NCBI GenBank assembly: GCA_050084985.1
Contig: JBITNC010000001.1
Span: 98,332,001-98,396,000 of the forward strand
Source of the DNA: Nageia nagi
Taxonomy: Eukaryota > Plantae > Pinophyta
DNA length: 64,000 bases
Reading direction: 5' to 3'
This document shows, piece by piece, positions 25,646 through 39,614 of the stretch; position 1 is the stretch's first letter, and each line of letters opens with the position of its first letter. The translations under genes and the position numbers were made by a program. The notes below the pieces were generated by a model. It was not told where the DNA came from and made no database searches. It saw only the letters and a program-made list of their open reading frames with translations.

Positions 25646-27296
25646 TTAATTAGCTCACATATAAGAAATAAATACTATAAAATTAAAATAAATAATAACA
25701 ACCTCAATTATTTTTTGAACAAGATCATTTATATATATAGGTAAAAAATATGTTTGACTATGAATTTAAGGTAAAATAATAAAAATATAAGAGAATATGA
25801 TAATATATATACCGATTAAAAAGTATGCAGATTCAACTATCATTTATATCATTTGAGATCCCACACAAATCTAAAGTAAAGAAAAAATAATCTTAAAATG
25901 TAAGTATTATTTTAAAATTAATACCAATAACCAAATGAATATGTAAAATAAGCTATATAATATAAATAATTTTTTATAAAAACAATCGAACACCAAATTC
26001 TTATTTTTTTTATAATTAGACTCTACATATATATGAGAGGAAAATGAGGAGACCCTTATTATAGTTTTAAACCAAGTAATTTCAAAACTTCCCTAAATTT
26101 CACTACTTATAATGGAGTTTTCAAATAATATGGTCTTTCCTGTATTTTATATAAAGGAATATTGTGATCCATGCATGATAATGAGCTTAAAAACTATAGT
26201 TATTAATTGTAAAATTGATAAATTTGATCCTTTTCAAGATATTAAATGATAGGCATGAAATTTTATCTTTGATGTTCTCATCATTCCATAGATTTCTATA
26301 TAAAATTTATGATATTTTATTCTTAAAATGGAAATATAGATGCCTTGGTCATTAAATAAAAATTAGTATTTAAATGCTTCAATGAAGAGAAGTCAATCAC
26401 ATATTTTTTTTATCTTTATCTATGCTAAGTCATAATGCGTATTTTTTATTAATGTTTAATTTGTAACTTAAATTACTAATAATATTTTATTATTTTGTAA
26501 AAAAATTAAATATCATAAAGCATTAAGGAGGTTAAAACTCATATGAGATGAGGTTAAAATATCTTAGCTCATTAGGTTGAACATACAAGAATCTACAAAG
26601 TTATGGTGGTGTTGAAGACACCTAAAAATGATTTTTCTTGTATTAAATAATTCATTTTATAGCATCAAAGAATATTTATATAAAAAGGGTCAAAATATAC
26701 CATTGTATAATCAATGTAATATACCATTTTATAATGTAAAAGGTTTCAAACATCAAGAAAGGCATCACAAACAATGTAATTCACAATGATCCCAAGAATC
26801 AAAATATTGCTATAAAAGAATATCAAAAGCAACATAAAGGATAGATCTCATATATGAGCAAAGAGCTAGAGAGAAATATTATAACATGCATTATCATTAT
26901 ACTTGACCAATAAAGGTATTTTGTAACATGACCCATTCTTAGATTTGCTATACCCTTTGTCTTATTTCATGTATTTCAATTATTGCTTATGGATCTGCAT
27001 ATCTCGGGTTGTTAACAATGTGCTTCTCAAAGGCTATTAATGATGTTTGTTTCTCATGGTATGTTGTTGCGATTGATGTGTAATTCCTGTTATTTCACAT
27101 GTATGCGAATTTGATGAAGAAATATCATTTATCATGTTCGTAAAGATGCCATATTTTTGATATATGCTTCAATATCACATTGTAGAAGAGTAGTGCTTCG
27201 ATGTACTATTTAAGCATTATTTTTAGTCTACAAGTTTAGTACTCTTACCCCTTACTCAAATAAAAATCAACTATCCAAGTTTCTAAGAATCTATGT

Positions 27297-27445
27297 GATT
27301 CCATTAAAAAAGAAAAAAAAGAATTATTTATTTATTTATTTATCACATTTCTAATTATGTAATTAATTGACAAGATTCCATAAAAAAAGAAAATAAGAAA
27401 TATTTTATTTATTTATGGTGTCTCTAATTATGTAATTTATTGATA
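27297..27445. repeat. Tandem duplication of ~76 bp
   Basis: GATTCCAT(T)AAAAAAGAAAA...TCTAATTATGTAATT.ATTGA occurs twice consecutively. Confidence 0.7.
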
Positions 27446-27451
27446 ATTTTT

Positions 27452-27631
27452 TGGAATATGATAATTTTAGATTACCAAACATATAGCTTTTCTTTGTTAA
27501 GTTTTACCAAATGCAATGAAATGGTAATGAAGTCTAACTAGATCATTTTAGGCTTTGTTTCATCCTCAACTCATGCACTAAACTTGAAGACATGTATATG
27601 AAATTAGAAAGGGTATATGAGGCATATATGA
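27452..27631 (+). pseudogene. PPR fragment abutting the CACTA left end
   Basis: WNMIILDY...QMQ*NG..V*LDHF....ILNSCTKLEDMYMKLERVYEAY resembles P/L/S motif pieces. Confidence 0.6.
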
Positions 27632-28197
27632 TACTAGACCAAAAAGAGCTTCTAGAGATGATTTAAAACTCATGCCAAAGTGCTTTATTGGCGGTTATCC
27701 CATTGTCATCTATGCAGGTGCCACCAAAAGTGGGTAATCTATGGTGATAAATAATAAATGCTAGCATATATACCATTAAATCCATATTTGAAAAATATAA
27801 TATGATGGTTATAAGTCATCTCATAAGCCATCCTAAAAAAAAGTAATAATACGACAATTAATAATGGCTACAAATAACATTAGAGGTACCTATTTATGAG
27901 GCAGTTAAAACCATCATAATGTAGATCACTTAAATTGATACAATTTAAAACACTCACTTTGTAAATTAATAAAGAAAAAAAGGACATAGCTTGGAAGCAT
28001 TCTCCTAATGGAAGATGCTTCTAGGCTATGCCATCCTCAGTTTCCCAAGGCACTTGAGCTCAATCATAGTGAGCCCAATTAAAGTGATGACCATGTGCTC
28101 CTAAAGGATGGCCCAGTGGAATTTTCCAATCACTGTTCAAGTTTTTACAAGTGCAACATGTGATATAAAATGATCTAAATGATCCAACAATGTAGTG

Positions 28198-28198
28198 A

Positions 28199-28235
<37 letters not shown>

Positions 28236-28303
28236 ATATATATACATACATACATACGTGCATACATACATACATACATATATATATATATATGTATATA
28301 TAT
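28198..28303. repeat. (TA)n/(TACA)n microsatellite; other (TA)n tracts at 40470-40519, 40786-40818, 50527-50554, 50823-50860
   Basis: Directly visible. Confidence 0.95.
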
Positions 28304-28385
28304 GACATAAAATTTTCTAAGTACACCATATGATATTAAATGTAATGTTATACAATCATACTTAAATTATTATTCTTTATTTCAG

Positions 28386-29239
28386 TTTTAGGGAGATGAA
28401 TTGCAACATAATGATGATGAATCTTACATAATAAAATGGTTGGCATGTGGTCCAATTCAAGATGTGATTAGATTTTTAGATTAATAATTATAAATGTAAT
28501 ACCAAAAATATAGCTAAACAAATAAAAACTCAAAATAATGACATGTGTGTCGATTCAATTATCAGTTCCAGATTAAGTACAAAAGATACAAACCAGGTTA
28601 CTGAAATAATCACATATTATGGTATTATTATGGAAATCATTTTTTTGAATTTCTTATGATGAGAATACCCCTTGTTAAAATGTGTTTGGGTGAATTTTCT
28701 TGATAATAAGAGTGGAATTAAAATTGATGAAATAGGATACACAATAGTTAACATGAGCATATTACAATGTGGGATAGACTAGAAGATGATCCATATATTT
28801 TATCATCGAAACAGTTTTTTATGTATAGGATTCAATTGAAACTAGTTGGTATGTGGCTCCCATGTCACCTCTAAGAGGGATAAAAGACACTCAAGCATAT
28901 AATATATACACATTTGAAGGAACATATTTTATTGAACTTGAAATTATTCAAAATAATAATATAAATAATTTTTTTTGATTAACAGGTAAATTTTGTATTA
29001 ATAAAAAAAGGTGAAGTTTATAAGGTTCTTCACCAACCTTTACAAAAGGAGCTTCTTTGAAACAATTTTCTCTATGCTACATTCTCCTTAATAGAACATA
29101 AAAAGCCATCAACCAAACATTTCTTTAAACTTTCTATGACTAAGAGAACAAACTTTCTTCAAAGTGACAAAGCTACCAAGATAGGGTTTTCCAATAGGCC
29201 TATCTTTTTAGAAAACTTTACATTAACAAATACACACTC

Positions 29240-29290
<51 letters not shown>

Positions 29291-29618
29291 GTACCAAAGT
29301 TTGTAAGCCTAGTAAATGAAGAAAAAGCATGTAATCAACTACCCAAAAGCTTCAGAAGGTTCTAAATCGTTTCTTCATAGTTGAACTTATAGAATATAAT
29401 GTAGCTCTTCCTAAGCAAAATCTCTTGAGACTCGAATGCTTCCCAACCTCTTCATACTTTGTGCTTTTTGCTCCTCTTTTGAGCCTAACCTTTTTAAGCA
29501 TCTCCTTATGTAGCTTAGGACTCAAAAGGTAATGATATTAACATTGAATGCATAAGTAATGATGAAAAAATTGAATACATACATAATGATATCAAGGTTA
29601 CATTTATGGAATCATGAT
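28386..29618 (+). pseudogene. CACTA transposase (TnpD/TNP2) last exon, DUF4216 region, interrupted by an insertion
   Basis: After acceptor TTTATTTCAG: KWLACGP, KTQNNDMCV, YYGIIMEII, LLKCVWV, GIKIDEIGYTIVN, DDPYILSS, FYV*D....WYV; tail EYIHNDIKVTFMES* resumes after ~29530. Confidence 0.85.
28968..29530 (-). mobile_element. 3' end of a non-LTR retroelement inserted in the CACTA transposase
   Basis: Begins with a T-run then GATTAACAGGTAAATTTTGTATTAATA, resembling the T-run/AATCAATGGTAAATTTATATTAATA at 57620; transposase-like reading resumes after it; contains (TA)n at 29243-29287. Confidence 0.55.
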
Positions 29619-29649
29619 TGGTAGCTTGTACAAGCATAAAAAGGTAATG

Positions 29650-30970
29650 CTTAGCCAATTTACTACTTTTGTACTAGTTTTTAATGCTCATTTTTTTTTA
29701 GGTTGAACAATTGCTTTACTTATGCATGACAGTTTTTGATCATATGGTTTATTTAAAATATTTCATATCACATGTCATCATTTAAATATAAGTGTAATAA
29801 GATTCAAATTATATGTTTTATAATTATACTCAATTGATTAAAAAAACACTACAGATTCAATTATATTGAAATGTTTCAAATATGTTTGTCATAATAAATT
29901 TGTAAAGAGTTCTAATATAGACATATTTTTTTTATGTTTAGCTAAGTATTACAAGAATGTTTTTGCCAACTTACCAGTTTTGGATTGGTTTTTGACACTT
30001 GAAATTTTTTTGGGTTGAATAGTTGGTTTCCTTATCCAAGCCAATTTTTGGATCATATAGTGTATTTAAATGATTTCATATCACATATCATAATTTATCT
30101 ATAAAATAATTATGATACATGCCATGTAATGAAGGAGCCTACAATATGTCCTATTATTTTCATCTAATTATTTTGTATATACAACACAATATACACTTGG
30201 TAACCATATGTGTTTTCTATATTTGGCTAGCATATTTTTTCCTATTTACCACTTTTGGACTAGTTTTTGACAAATTTTTGGGTTGAATAGGTGGTTCCTT
30301 CTCCAAGCTTTTTTTATATCATATGGTTTATTTAAATCATATCATATCATATATCATAATTAATTTTTTAAAAAATTTTGATATAGGGCATGTAGTGAAG
30401 GATCCCACAACACGTTTCATTATTTTCATCTAATCATTCTGTATTACAACACAATATGCACTTGGTAACCACATATTTTTTTATGTGTTTAGCTAGCATA
30501 TTTTTGACAACTTACTACTTTTAGACTATTTTTTGATAATTTTATGAGTTGAATAGTTGGTTTATTTCTCCAAGTTAATTTTTGGATCATATTGTGTATT
30601 TAAATCATTTCATATCATATGTCATAATTTATCCTGTAAAAATATTTTGATACAACCCATGCAATGAAGGATACCACAACATGTTCCATTGTTTTCATCT
30701 AATCATGATGTATATACAACATGGATGCACTTGGTAACCACATATTTTTTCTATGTTTGGATAGCATGTTTTTATCAACTTACCACTTTTGGACTCATTT
30801 TTGACAAATTTTTGTTTTGAATAGTTAGTTTCCTTCTCCAAGCTAGTTTTTGGATCATATGGTGTATTTAAATCATTTTATATCATATATCATAATTTAT
30901 TTGTAAAAATATTTTGATATAGGCCATGCAATGAAGGATACCACATCATGTTTCATTATTTTCATTTAAT
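29650..30970. repeat. ~268-bp tandem repeat, 4-5 copies, inside the CACTA element
   Basis: CACTTGGTAACCA at ~30194, 30459, 30728; GGTTGAA(T/C)A variants at ~29701, 30013, 30281, 30547, 30815. Confidence 0.88.
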
Positions 30971-33249
30971 CAGCTAAGTACAAGAAGATGGGTCCACTTT
31001 ATGGCCAAAAAGTGGATGCCTTTTCTTTGATTTCTAGTTTGGTCATAATTGATTTCAAAATTTGAAGCACTTAGAGATGAAATTTAAAAAAGCCACTTCA
31101 ATAAAAATGTAGTGATCAAGTCTAGTTTTCAAATATGTAATTTATTCCAATACCCATATGAAAAAGAATTAAATTTTGACAGGCATGTATTATCATAACC
31201 CAACTTCTTGATGTACATTTCATTGCTAGATTCAAGACTATGTGGCATTTATTTGATGTGAAATAAGAGGATCTTATGATGCTTTGTTTCACTTATGGTA
31301 TTTTTTATCAAATTAATTTAAAAAATTCTCTTATGATAATATGATATTACTATCCTTCTTCATACAAGATATTATCAAGGTACATGTGTCTATGTGTTCA
31401 GGTGATAGGTACAAAGGTGGGATGATCATGTATGGTTAAGGTGATGATTGCTTGAGGTTGTATCCAAGATCTTAGAATCCAAAATTGAGATACCTCTAAT
31501 GACCAAAGTTATGATATCATATAGTTGCATGAGGTGAGGATCAAAAGATCCTTCTAGGATTCTTACTTTTGGTTTTCTGTTGTGAAGATGCCACCAAGGA
31601 CCCCCTAATGGAAAAGTTAGTAGGGATAGGTGATTTATTGCACTTTCATTACATATAGATATTAATTTAATTAATTATATATTACTTAAATTAATAAGAT
31701 TATGTGACAAAGGATTAATTTAATTTTCAAAGCCCAACTTGTTGATGTACATTCCCTTTCTAGATTCAGGACTATGTGGTATTTATTTTATGTGAAATAA
31801 AAGGACATTGTGATGTTTTGTTTCACTTATGGAATTTTGTATGAAATTGATTTAAAAATTGCTCTTATGATAATATGATATTATCTATCCTTCTTCATAC
31901 AAGATATTATCGAAGTGTGTGTGTTTATGTGTGTAGGTGATAGGTATGAATGTGGGATGCTCTTGTGTGGTTAAGGAGATGATTGTTTGAGGTTGTATAA
32001 ATTATATTAGAATCCACAATCAAGTCTTAAAATTTTGTACTAGAGCCTAGGTTTTTAGGTTCACATAAGCATTCTCAAATTTTTAACCAGTAACTTTTAT
32101 GCTTGGGAAAAGATAGCATCCCAATAATACCAGGATAACTTATAGAATGTAGTAATATCCTTGGAACACATAACATGACTTATTATTAAATCATCAAATT
32201 AAAGTTATAAATTTAGGGAGACCATTCCATGAAAACCCTAATAGATATGAATTTTCCAGAAAATATAAAATACGTATCACTATCAAACATAGTCTCTTTA
32301 GGGTAAGGAATAACCCTAAATTAATTAAGCTACCTAGACATGATGATGGTAAGAAACACATGAAGGTATGTTCTACCCTTAACAAGTTATAAATGTTCAA
32401 GAAGAAGAAATTTTTGGTAAGATCTAGCAACATACTTGATGAATATATCTTGGAACAAAATGTAGATTATCATTTTGAATCAAATAATGAGTCAAAAATT
32501 GAAGAGATAACAAAGTACAAGTCTAGTTTCTTACTACTTATTAAAGCAAATCTAGCACAAAAAATTCCATTAAATATTAAGGAGTTGAACCTTTGTACAG
32601 TTGCTAAAATATTGAATAGAAATGGTGCTAATATAAATATTGAAGATCTCAAATTCATTGAAGGGCTCCAATGTATATTATATTTTCCTTGAAAGGTATG
32701 ATGTATTGATTTAAGAGAATAATACATAAAGTTATAAATAAGTATTTTATCAAGGAAATAAATGATTTTATGATCAATGCTCAAGTCAAGAGAAAGATGC
32801 AAAAGTACAAGATTCAGTCTTGGGTAGAAGATTAGGTAATTATAGTTGTATTAAGGATAATTATGTATTTAGAATGATTATGATATGTAAATAAGTTCTT
32901 TGAATATGGTATTTTTTAATAAACTTGAGTTTATTGGAAGATACATTTAAGTCTATTCCATATGTGATATGAAATGGATAAGTTAGATATTTTGATAAAA
33001 AGAAAAGCACATACAATTGAAGGATCAATCTTCTAGTTTTGAACAAAAGGAAGGATTTATCAAAATTGTAAGAGTTATGTCCATACTTGAGGAGATTGGT
33101 TAGTAAATTGAAGACTAACGACCTCAAGGAAACTCTACCAAGAAAGCAATATCTAGATTTTTAAAGGTCATGATTTTTAGAAGTATCCAAGATAGATGTG
33201 GAGGACCTTAAGAAAAACATCCATTGTCATGGGTTCATTATGATTCTAA

Positions 33250-33830
33250 AGATATAGTTCAGTATGATTCATCAACAATAAGAAAAGTTTGAGAAGCTTA
33301 AGAATGGTAAAAGTGATGAAGCAATGAATATGATTAAGAATCTCAAAAAAATTCTAGCCATGGAAATTATAAGAAACATATATGATGATACCATTAATGC
33401 TTGGGTGAAAGAACATAAGACCCATTTTGAAACCATAAAACTATAACCCTATAAAAAATATAGGTGTGTTGTAATGCTACTTGAATATTTAACTCTAGAA
33501 TGATGGGAGAACCTTATAGAGGATAGAGAAATAGAGACCAAGGATGTGCCTTGGAAAAATTTTCATGTAAAACAAGTTCATCATAGAAATGTTTGATGAA
33601 ATTGACAAAATTAGGTAAAGAAATAGGTCAGTTGAAGAATATCATAAGCAGTTTGTAAGATTAATTAAGTATGTTCCAAAGGTCTCAAAAGTACCAGTCA
33701 AGAAATTCCACAACCTTATAAGTGATTTAGACAATGATATTCTTGTAATGGCTAACATACATGCTCCAAAGACACTTTAAAAAAAATGAATTGGCCAAAT
33801 AGGTTGAGAACAACTTAGAGTTTAAGAGAA
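33250..33830 (+). pseudogene. Retrotransposon gag remnant
   Basis: INAWVKEHKTHFE, LE*WENL, VPWKNF, RSVEEYHKQFVRLIKYVP, ISDLDNDI....HAPKTL match the Retrotrans_gag pattern. Confidence 0.75.
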
Positions 33831-36800
33831 AATTTAAGATTTAATTGCATGATAAAAATGAAGAGCATCTAATAACACATGATCACCTAGTATAGAAAGG
33901 GATTTTTCAAGGAAAATTCCTTTGAAAATAAGGAATTGTTACTGCTAGAAGATTCTTTGGGAATCCATCCACCAATGTACATGTCAAGGGAAGAAGATGT
34001 TTTATCAGGGGAAATCAATTGAAGACTTAAATATAACAATGAAAAGCATAAAAAGGAAAGATAAGAAATATATATTGAAGAAAACTATATGGATGTTCCA
34101 TCAAGAATCAAAGAAAGAGTGAACCTAAAATGATTGAAGAATGAATATCAAGTCTAGGTTAAAAGATATCCATATGAAGATCAAAATGATTGAAAAGTTT
34201 TACAAAAGGACATGCAACTTGAATTAAAAGATTTTCAAAAAAAAAAAATATTTCAACTATCCAAATAAAATAGTTAGTTAGATAGTAGGACAAGAAGAAT
34301 TACCTCCAAGAAGACTTTTAGAGTAAAATTTGGGAGTAATAAGAAAGTACTACATTAAAAATATAGTATGAATTTCCTAAGGACTAGAGGTATAATGTCC
34401 AAAACTTTAATGAATCTTGGATACCAAATTATCAATGGGGAAATAAGTTAACCAAAAAGGATAAAATTTTAAGAATCATGGATAAATTTAGTATAGTAAA
34501 AGAGAATAACGTTAGAAATAAACATATCTAAATTATATATTTATCTTGAATTAATCTAACCTTTAAAGAAGAAAAAGGTTAGAATAAGAGAAATGATGAA
34601 ACAATATAGCAAATTTGATCATGAAGTTATTCATCAAGAGAGATGATGAAGTTTGAACTAAGGTAAATCCTTAAAATCTTAGTGAATTAAAAGATAGTTA
34701 GATTGAGAATCCTAATTATGCATACTTATTCCTAGAATTTTAGAATATTAAATAAGGTAATGAATGCCAAGGTGGTTATTAGTAGGCCTATTTTTTAAAT
34801 AAAGTTAAGATAAATTGACTAAATGAGAGTTTAGGAGACTCACTTTTATATGTAATAATCTAAGACTACTCAATCCGGTCAATTTGCACATAATAAAGGA
34901 TAAAAATTAATACCCTTTGAAAATAGGTAGGGTTAAGGGTGCAAGATTTACCTTCATGATGATATCTTAAGGACTAGGTTAGGGTCAAAAAAGATATATG
35001 AAGGAAAGAGAGGAATAGCTTAACTAACAATTTATTTTCAAAAAGGAAAATTATGGAAATGATTCTTCCATTAGTGATAAAAATTCAAGAATGATGCCAT
35101 GAGAATTCAAGAAAGCACTTTGAAACCTTGTGAATGTGTGATGTGTTACATCATGTTATGGTATGAATACCTTATGTTATGATAAAATTTATTTCATTAT
35201 TGTGTATGTAAAATAAAATAAGAGAACTCTAAACTATTGTAGTTAACACAAGATACTATGTTAATCCAAGAGGGGAAGGATGTCACAACCCAACTTCTTG
35301 ATGTACATTCCCTTGCTATATTCAAGACTATGTGGCATTTTTTTGATGTGAAATAAGAGGACATTGTGATATTTTATTTTAATTATGGTATTTTTTATGA
35401 CATTAATTTGAATTTTTCTCTTATGATAATATGATATTATCTATCCTTCTTTGTACAAAGATACTATCAAGGTGCATGTGTCTATGTGTGCAAGTGACAA
35501 GTATGAAGGTGAGATGCTCATGTATGGTTACAAGGATGATTGTTTGAGGTTGTATCCAAGATATTAGAATCCAAACTTAGGATACCTTTGATAGCCAAAG
35601 TTAGGATATCATGTAGTTGCATGAGGTGAGGATCAAAAGAGTCTCCTAAGATTCTTACTTTTGGTTATTTGTTGTGAAGATGCCACCAAGGACCCCTTGA
35701 TGGGAACTTTAGTAGGGGTAGGTGATTCATTGCACTTTCATTATGTATAGATATTAATTTAATTAATTAAAATATTAATTAAATTAGTAAGATTATGTAA
35801 ATAAGGATTAATTTAATTATTATGATTAATTAAATTAATAACTTTACAAAAATAATACTTAATACTTAAAAAAATATAATATAATAAATTAAAATAAAGT
35901 AATAAAATGAATATAATTAAGAGATAAGATTAAGGAAAAGATAAACTTGAAACATGGTCATGTAGGGTTAAGTGACAACTAAGAATTAAATGTCATGAAC
36001 ATAAAATATTATTATTTTATTAAAAAACCTTGATCCCTTGAAAAGTTATAAATATACCTTTAGAGCTCACATTTTAAGAGAAATTGCAAGTGATAGTGAT
36101 GCTTTGGAAAAATTGTGAGTCAAAGAAAGGGTTAGAATTTAACCTTATGATTTTCTTGATAATGAGGGTTTGATTCAAGATGAAGAGTTGAAGTCTTGGT
36201 GGCAAATTAGGTTGATTCTCTTCATGTTTCCCAACTTCATTTTCTCTGTATGCAATGCCATAAATTATTTTTGAAGAGAAAATGATTTTAGGATTGATTT
36301 TGGAGCTATTAAAAATAAATTTTGAGTGATTGATTTTAAGAAATTATATATAAATTTGATTGATGAAAATAGGGAGGATTTATGAAAAGAATTATTTGAT
36401 TTCATTTATGCCTGATTATTTCGGTTGCGATAAAAATTCTCACTATAGTTTTCTACTGAGTTTTGATTTACCTAATTTAAAAATAGACATGGTTATGAAT
36501 TGTGATTTAGTTTAAATTTAAATTCTAATTGGTAAGGTTTGATCTATGGTTATAGAAAAATCTGACTAGAATCTACAAGATCATGGTGATTTTAGAAATA
36601 ATTGTAAAATCTTTAATCATAGTGTGTCCTTAACAAAAAAGATCTAATTGTATGTGGTTTAGTCCAGCTTGGTTGATTAATTTTATTTTTAGAATCAATG
36701 ATTTTATGATTAAAGTGAATTAAACTCCAAAATTGATAAAACTCTTGGATGATTAATGTTTGAAGCCATATTGTTGGAAATTTGATCAAACATTAAAATG

Positions 36801-38206
36801 AAATTTTGGGTTGTAATATGATGTTTTCAACCTTGAACACATTGTATCCTAAAGGAAACATTACAAATTTGTAGATATTTAAAATTTGTACATTGTAAAA
36901 AAAAGGGGCTCAAACGGACACCCAAGTTAAAAGTTATGGCCAAAATACTATGGCATTCTCAAAGGCTAATTTTAGCCATAAGTCTACCAAAAGTTTAAAG
37001 GGTTAAAACTAATACTCCAAGAGGATATTTTGGAAATGAGTTAATATTTATAAGAAATTATGAAAAGGATAATTACTATAGAATAAATTCTAAAATAATT
37101 AAGAAATAGATTAATCATGAAGAAAGAGATCATGAATTACTAAGAGTTGTAGAGAAAGAATTTTGTAGACAATTAAGGATAATTATTATGGAACCAACGA
37201 CATAACCATTTGAGAAAATGGAACTTTATTCTTTGAAATTAAGAATTAAAGATATTTATTCCACTTTATTATCTAGTTATGAAGTGATTTTAACACTTTT
37301 AAGAATCTAAATTTGATTGATTCATTTCTCTTATTACTCTCTCATAAGATGGAAAAGTGTATTTTCTAAGTGAATTGAGTAACTAGGAATGGAGTAGCAT
37401 TGTAGGTATCTTTTGAGATTATTGCATGAGTATATGCATAGTAAATAAAACCTATTATGATCCAAATAACCACCATGAGCTACTATTTCCAAGGAAGGTT
37501 GATTTGTGCTTATGAGGGATCCTTGCTTGTTCAATTGATTGAGGATGTAACTTCATACTTAATAAAGGATACTTGTATCAAGATTTTGTATATGTATTAA
37601 TGTAATAGCAAGATGATTTGTATGATCTTGTGTTACTATATATTACTAGAAAATGAGAAATTATTATGTATTATATATATATACAATGTGTAAGTTGGAG
37701 CCATGTATGGAATACCCTTATGATATATCGATGATATGTTAATAATATTCAAGATCCATTATTGATATGCTAAATGTTTGATGATTTTCCTAGTCATTTA
37801 TAAGAGCTTAAAATTATATTCATATGAATTGATTTACTAGGAAATTGAAGGTTAGATGAAATTAGATTATGATAACCATAATGGCTATTGAATGATATTG
37901 TAAAGAATATTATTATATGTTATTGGATGAATTGCATGTACGATGAAACATATCATTACTATTATATAATACATGTAAATGGTGATATGTAAACATAAGA
38001 GTCATTATTGCATGAGTAGAAGTGATGAATGATTATTAAAGGTATGAATAATTGTATAGATAAGAAAAATAATCTTTGATGTTTTGATCTATAATACACA
38101 TACCAAGTTAAGCATAACCAACTAGGATGGAACATATAGTTATGAAATAGTATGTGGTTAATCTTGGGAAATAATATTGAACCTTAGATAAACCATAGAT
38201 AAGTCT

Positions 38207-38360
38207 TGAGAATAATTTTATGAGATTAAGGAATTATCAAGCTAGAATAATTCAAGAAAATCTCAAGTAAATCAAGTAATTATCGAGTTATAATAATTCA
38301 AGGAGATCTCAATAGAACAAGGAATTATCGAATATGGATAATGTAAGGAGTTATCAGCAC
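38207..38360. repeat. ~46-bp tandem repeat x3 (also ~48302-48430)
   Basis: AAGGAATTATC.AG.TA.AATAATTCAAG..A.TCTCAA recurs. Confidence 0.65.
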
Positions 38361-39614
38361 ACATGACTTCAAGATGAGAATATTTATTATTGAGAAGGAT
38401 AATTGAGGAATTTTCAAGATTCGTCATGAAAGACCCTAAAGTACTTAAATTTATATACTTGAAGATGGCTATGATCAGGGTAGGTTAAGATACAATCAAC
38501 AAGAAAGAATGCTTCAAGATGGGTTTACAAAGCAAGAAGGCTATTATCTCATAAGATGAAAATTATAGGAAAAACATTTAGGATATTTAACGAGAAGGTT
38601 AAATATCAAGAGATAAATGATGTTATCATCTAATGATGAGATCATGACTCAAGAATAATGATACTTAAAACTATTATGTTATTTCAATCTCACAGTTCAC
38701 AAGTACCTTCTAAATTTTCAATATTGAAAGCCCATGTGTATTTGTATATTGGTTCAATTTTGTTTTCTCATTTCATGTGTGTTTATTGGGATAGGAGTTA
38801 AGTTTAGAATCAATTTTTAAGATGCAAAAATTGGATTTTGACATGTATAAAAACCATTGTTTAAAATTTATTATTTTAGGATGATGCCAATAATTTTTGG
38901 GCCAACATAATTTGATCTAAATTAAAGTAGTTTTTAAAATCCTTTTGGGGAAAGATAGTTAAGATATTGAATAATGTTAAGAATGTTTTTTCATATTTTT
39001 TAATGATTTATTTTTATTATTATTTTATTAGCCCTAATTACATTTTTTAATATTACTTTTTTTGGGCCAACATAACTTAATCTAAACTTATTCTTTTTTA
39101 TAATTATTTTTTATTTAGTACAAAATTATGTGTAGAATGTTGTCATATAATTTGTTTTTCATAATTCTAAAAAATAAAAAAGTTATTAAAAAAAAGACAA
39201 CCTACTTTTTCAAGTTTATGGACAAGTTTAATCGAAAATTAATTGAAAAATAGAAAATATAATCCAATTGTAAAAAAATTACATATTTTAAATCTACACT
39301 TTTTTTAAATCTATAATGGGTTTTAATTTTATAAAACAATTCTATAAAAAAATTATCAAATACATGTTAAAATCAATTGTTTTTTCCATTGCCATTGATA
39401 TGAACTTGCATGTACATGTCCAAGGCTAAGGATTGGCTCACCATGTCTCTCCCAAGCCAAAATACAAGGCAAACCCAAAGGGATGCAGATTTTAATATTA
39501 GAACAAGATCTTGCTACGAATGGGGTCCCATTATATACTAGGATCCCATTATTTAAAGTATAATGAATCCATGTGAAAAGGAACAAGATACCATTTTGCA
39601 TGAATTTGTAGTTT

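Larger units (their letters stand above)
31191..38701 (+). mobile_element. Non-autonomous gypsy-like LTR element (truncated 5' LTR, partial extra LTR, gag, PPT, long 3' LTR)
   Basis: LTR start TGTCACAACCCAACTTCTTGATG at 35281 after PPT AAGAGGGGAAGGA; same start at 31191 (~535 bp) and ~31727 (~290 bp). Right boundary uncertain (candidates 36818 and 38701). Confidence 0.7.

Noticed and set aside
26880-27230. Possible integrase zinc-binding fragment on minus (EAH...KT...YW)
   Set aside because: Too few conserved residues to support by eye.
28060-28329. 89-aa ORF
   Set aside because: Translation of a (TA)n/(TACA)n microsatellite.
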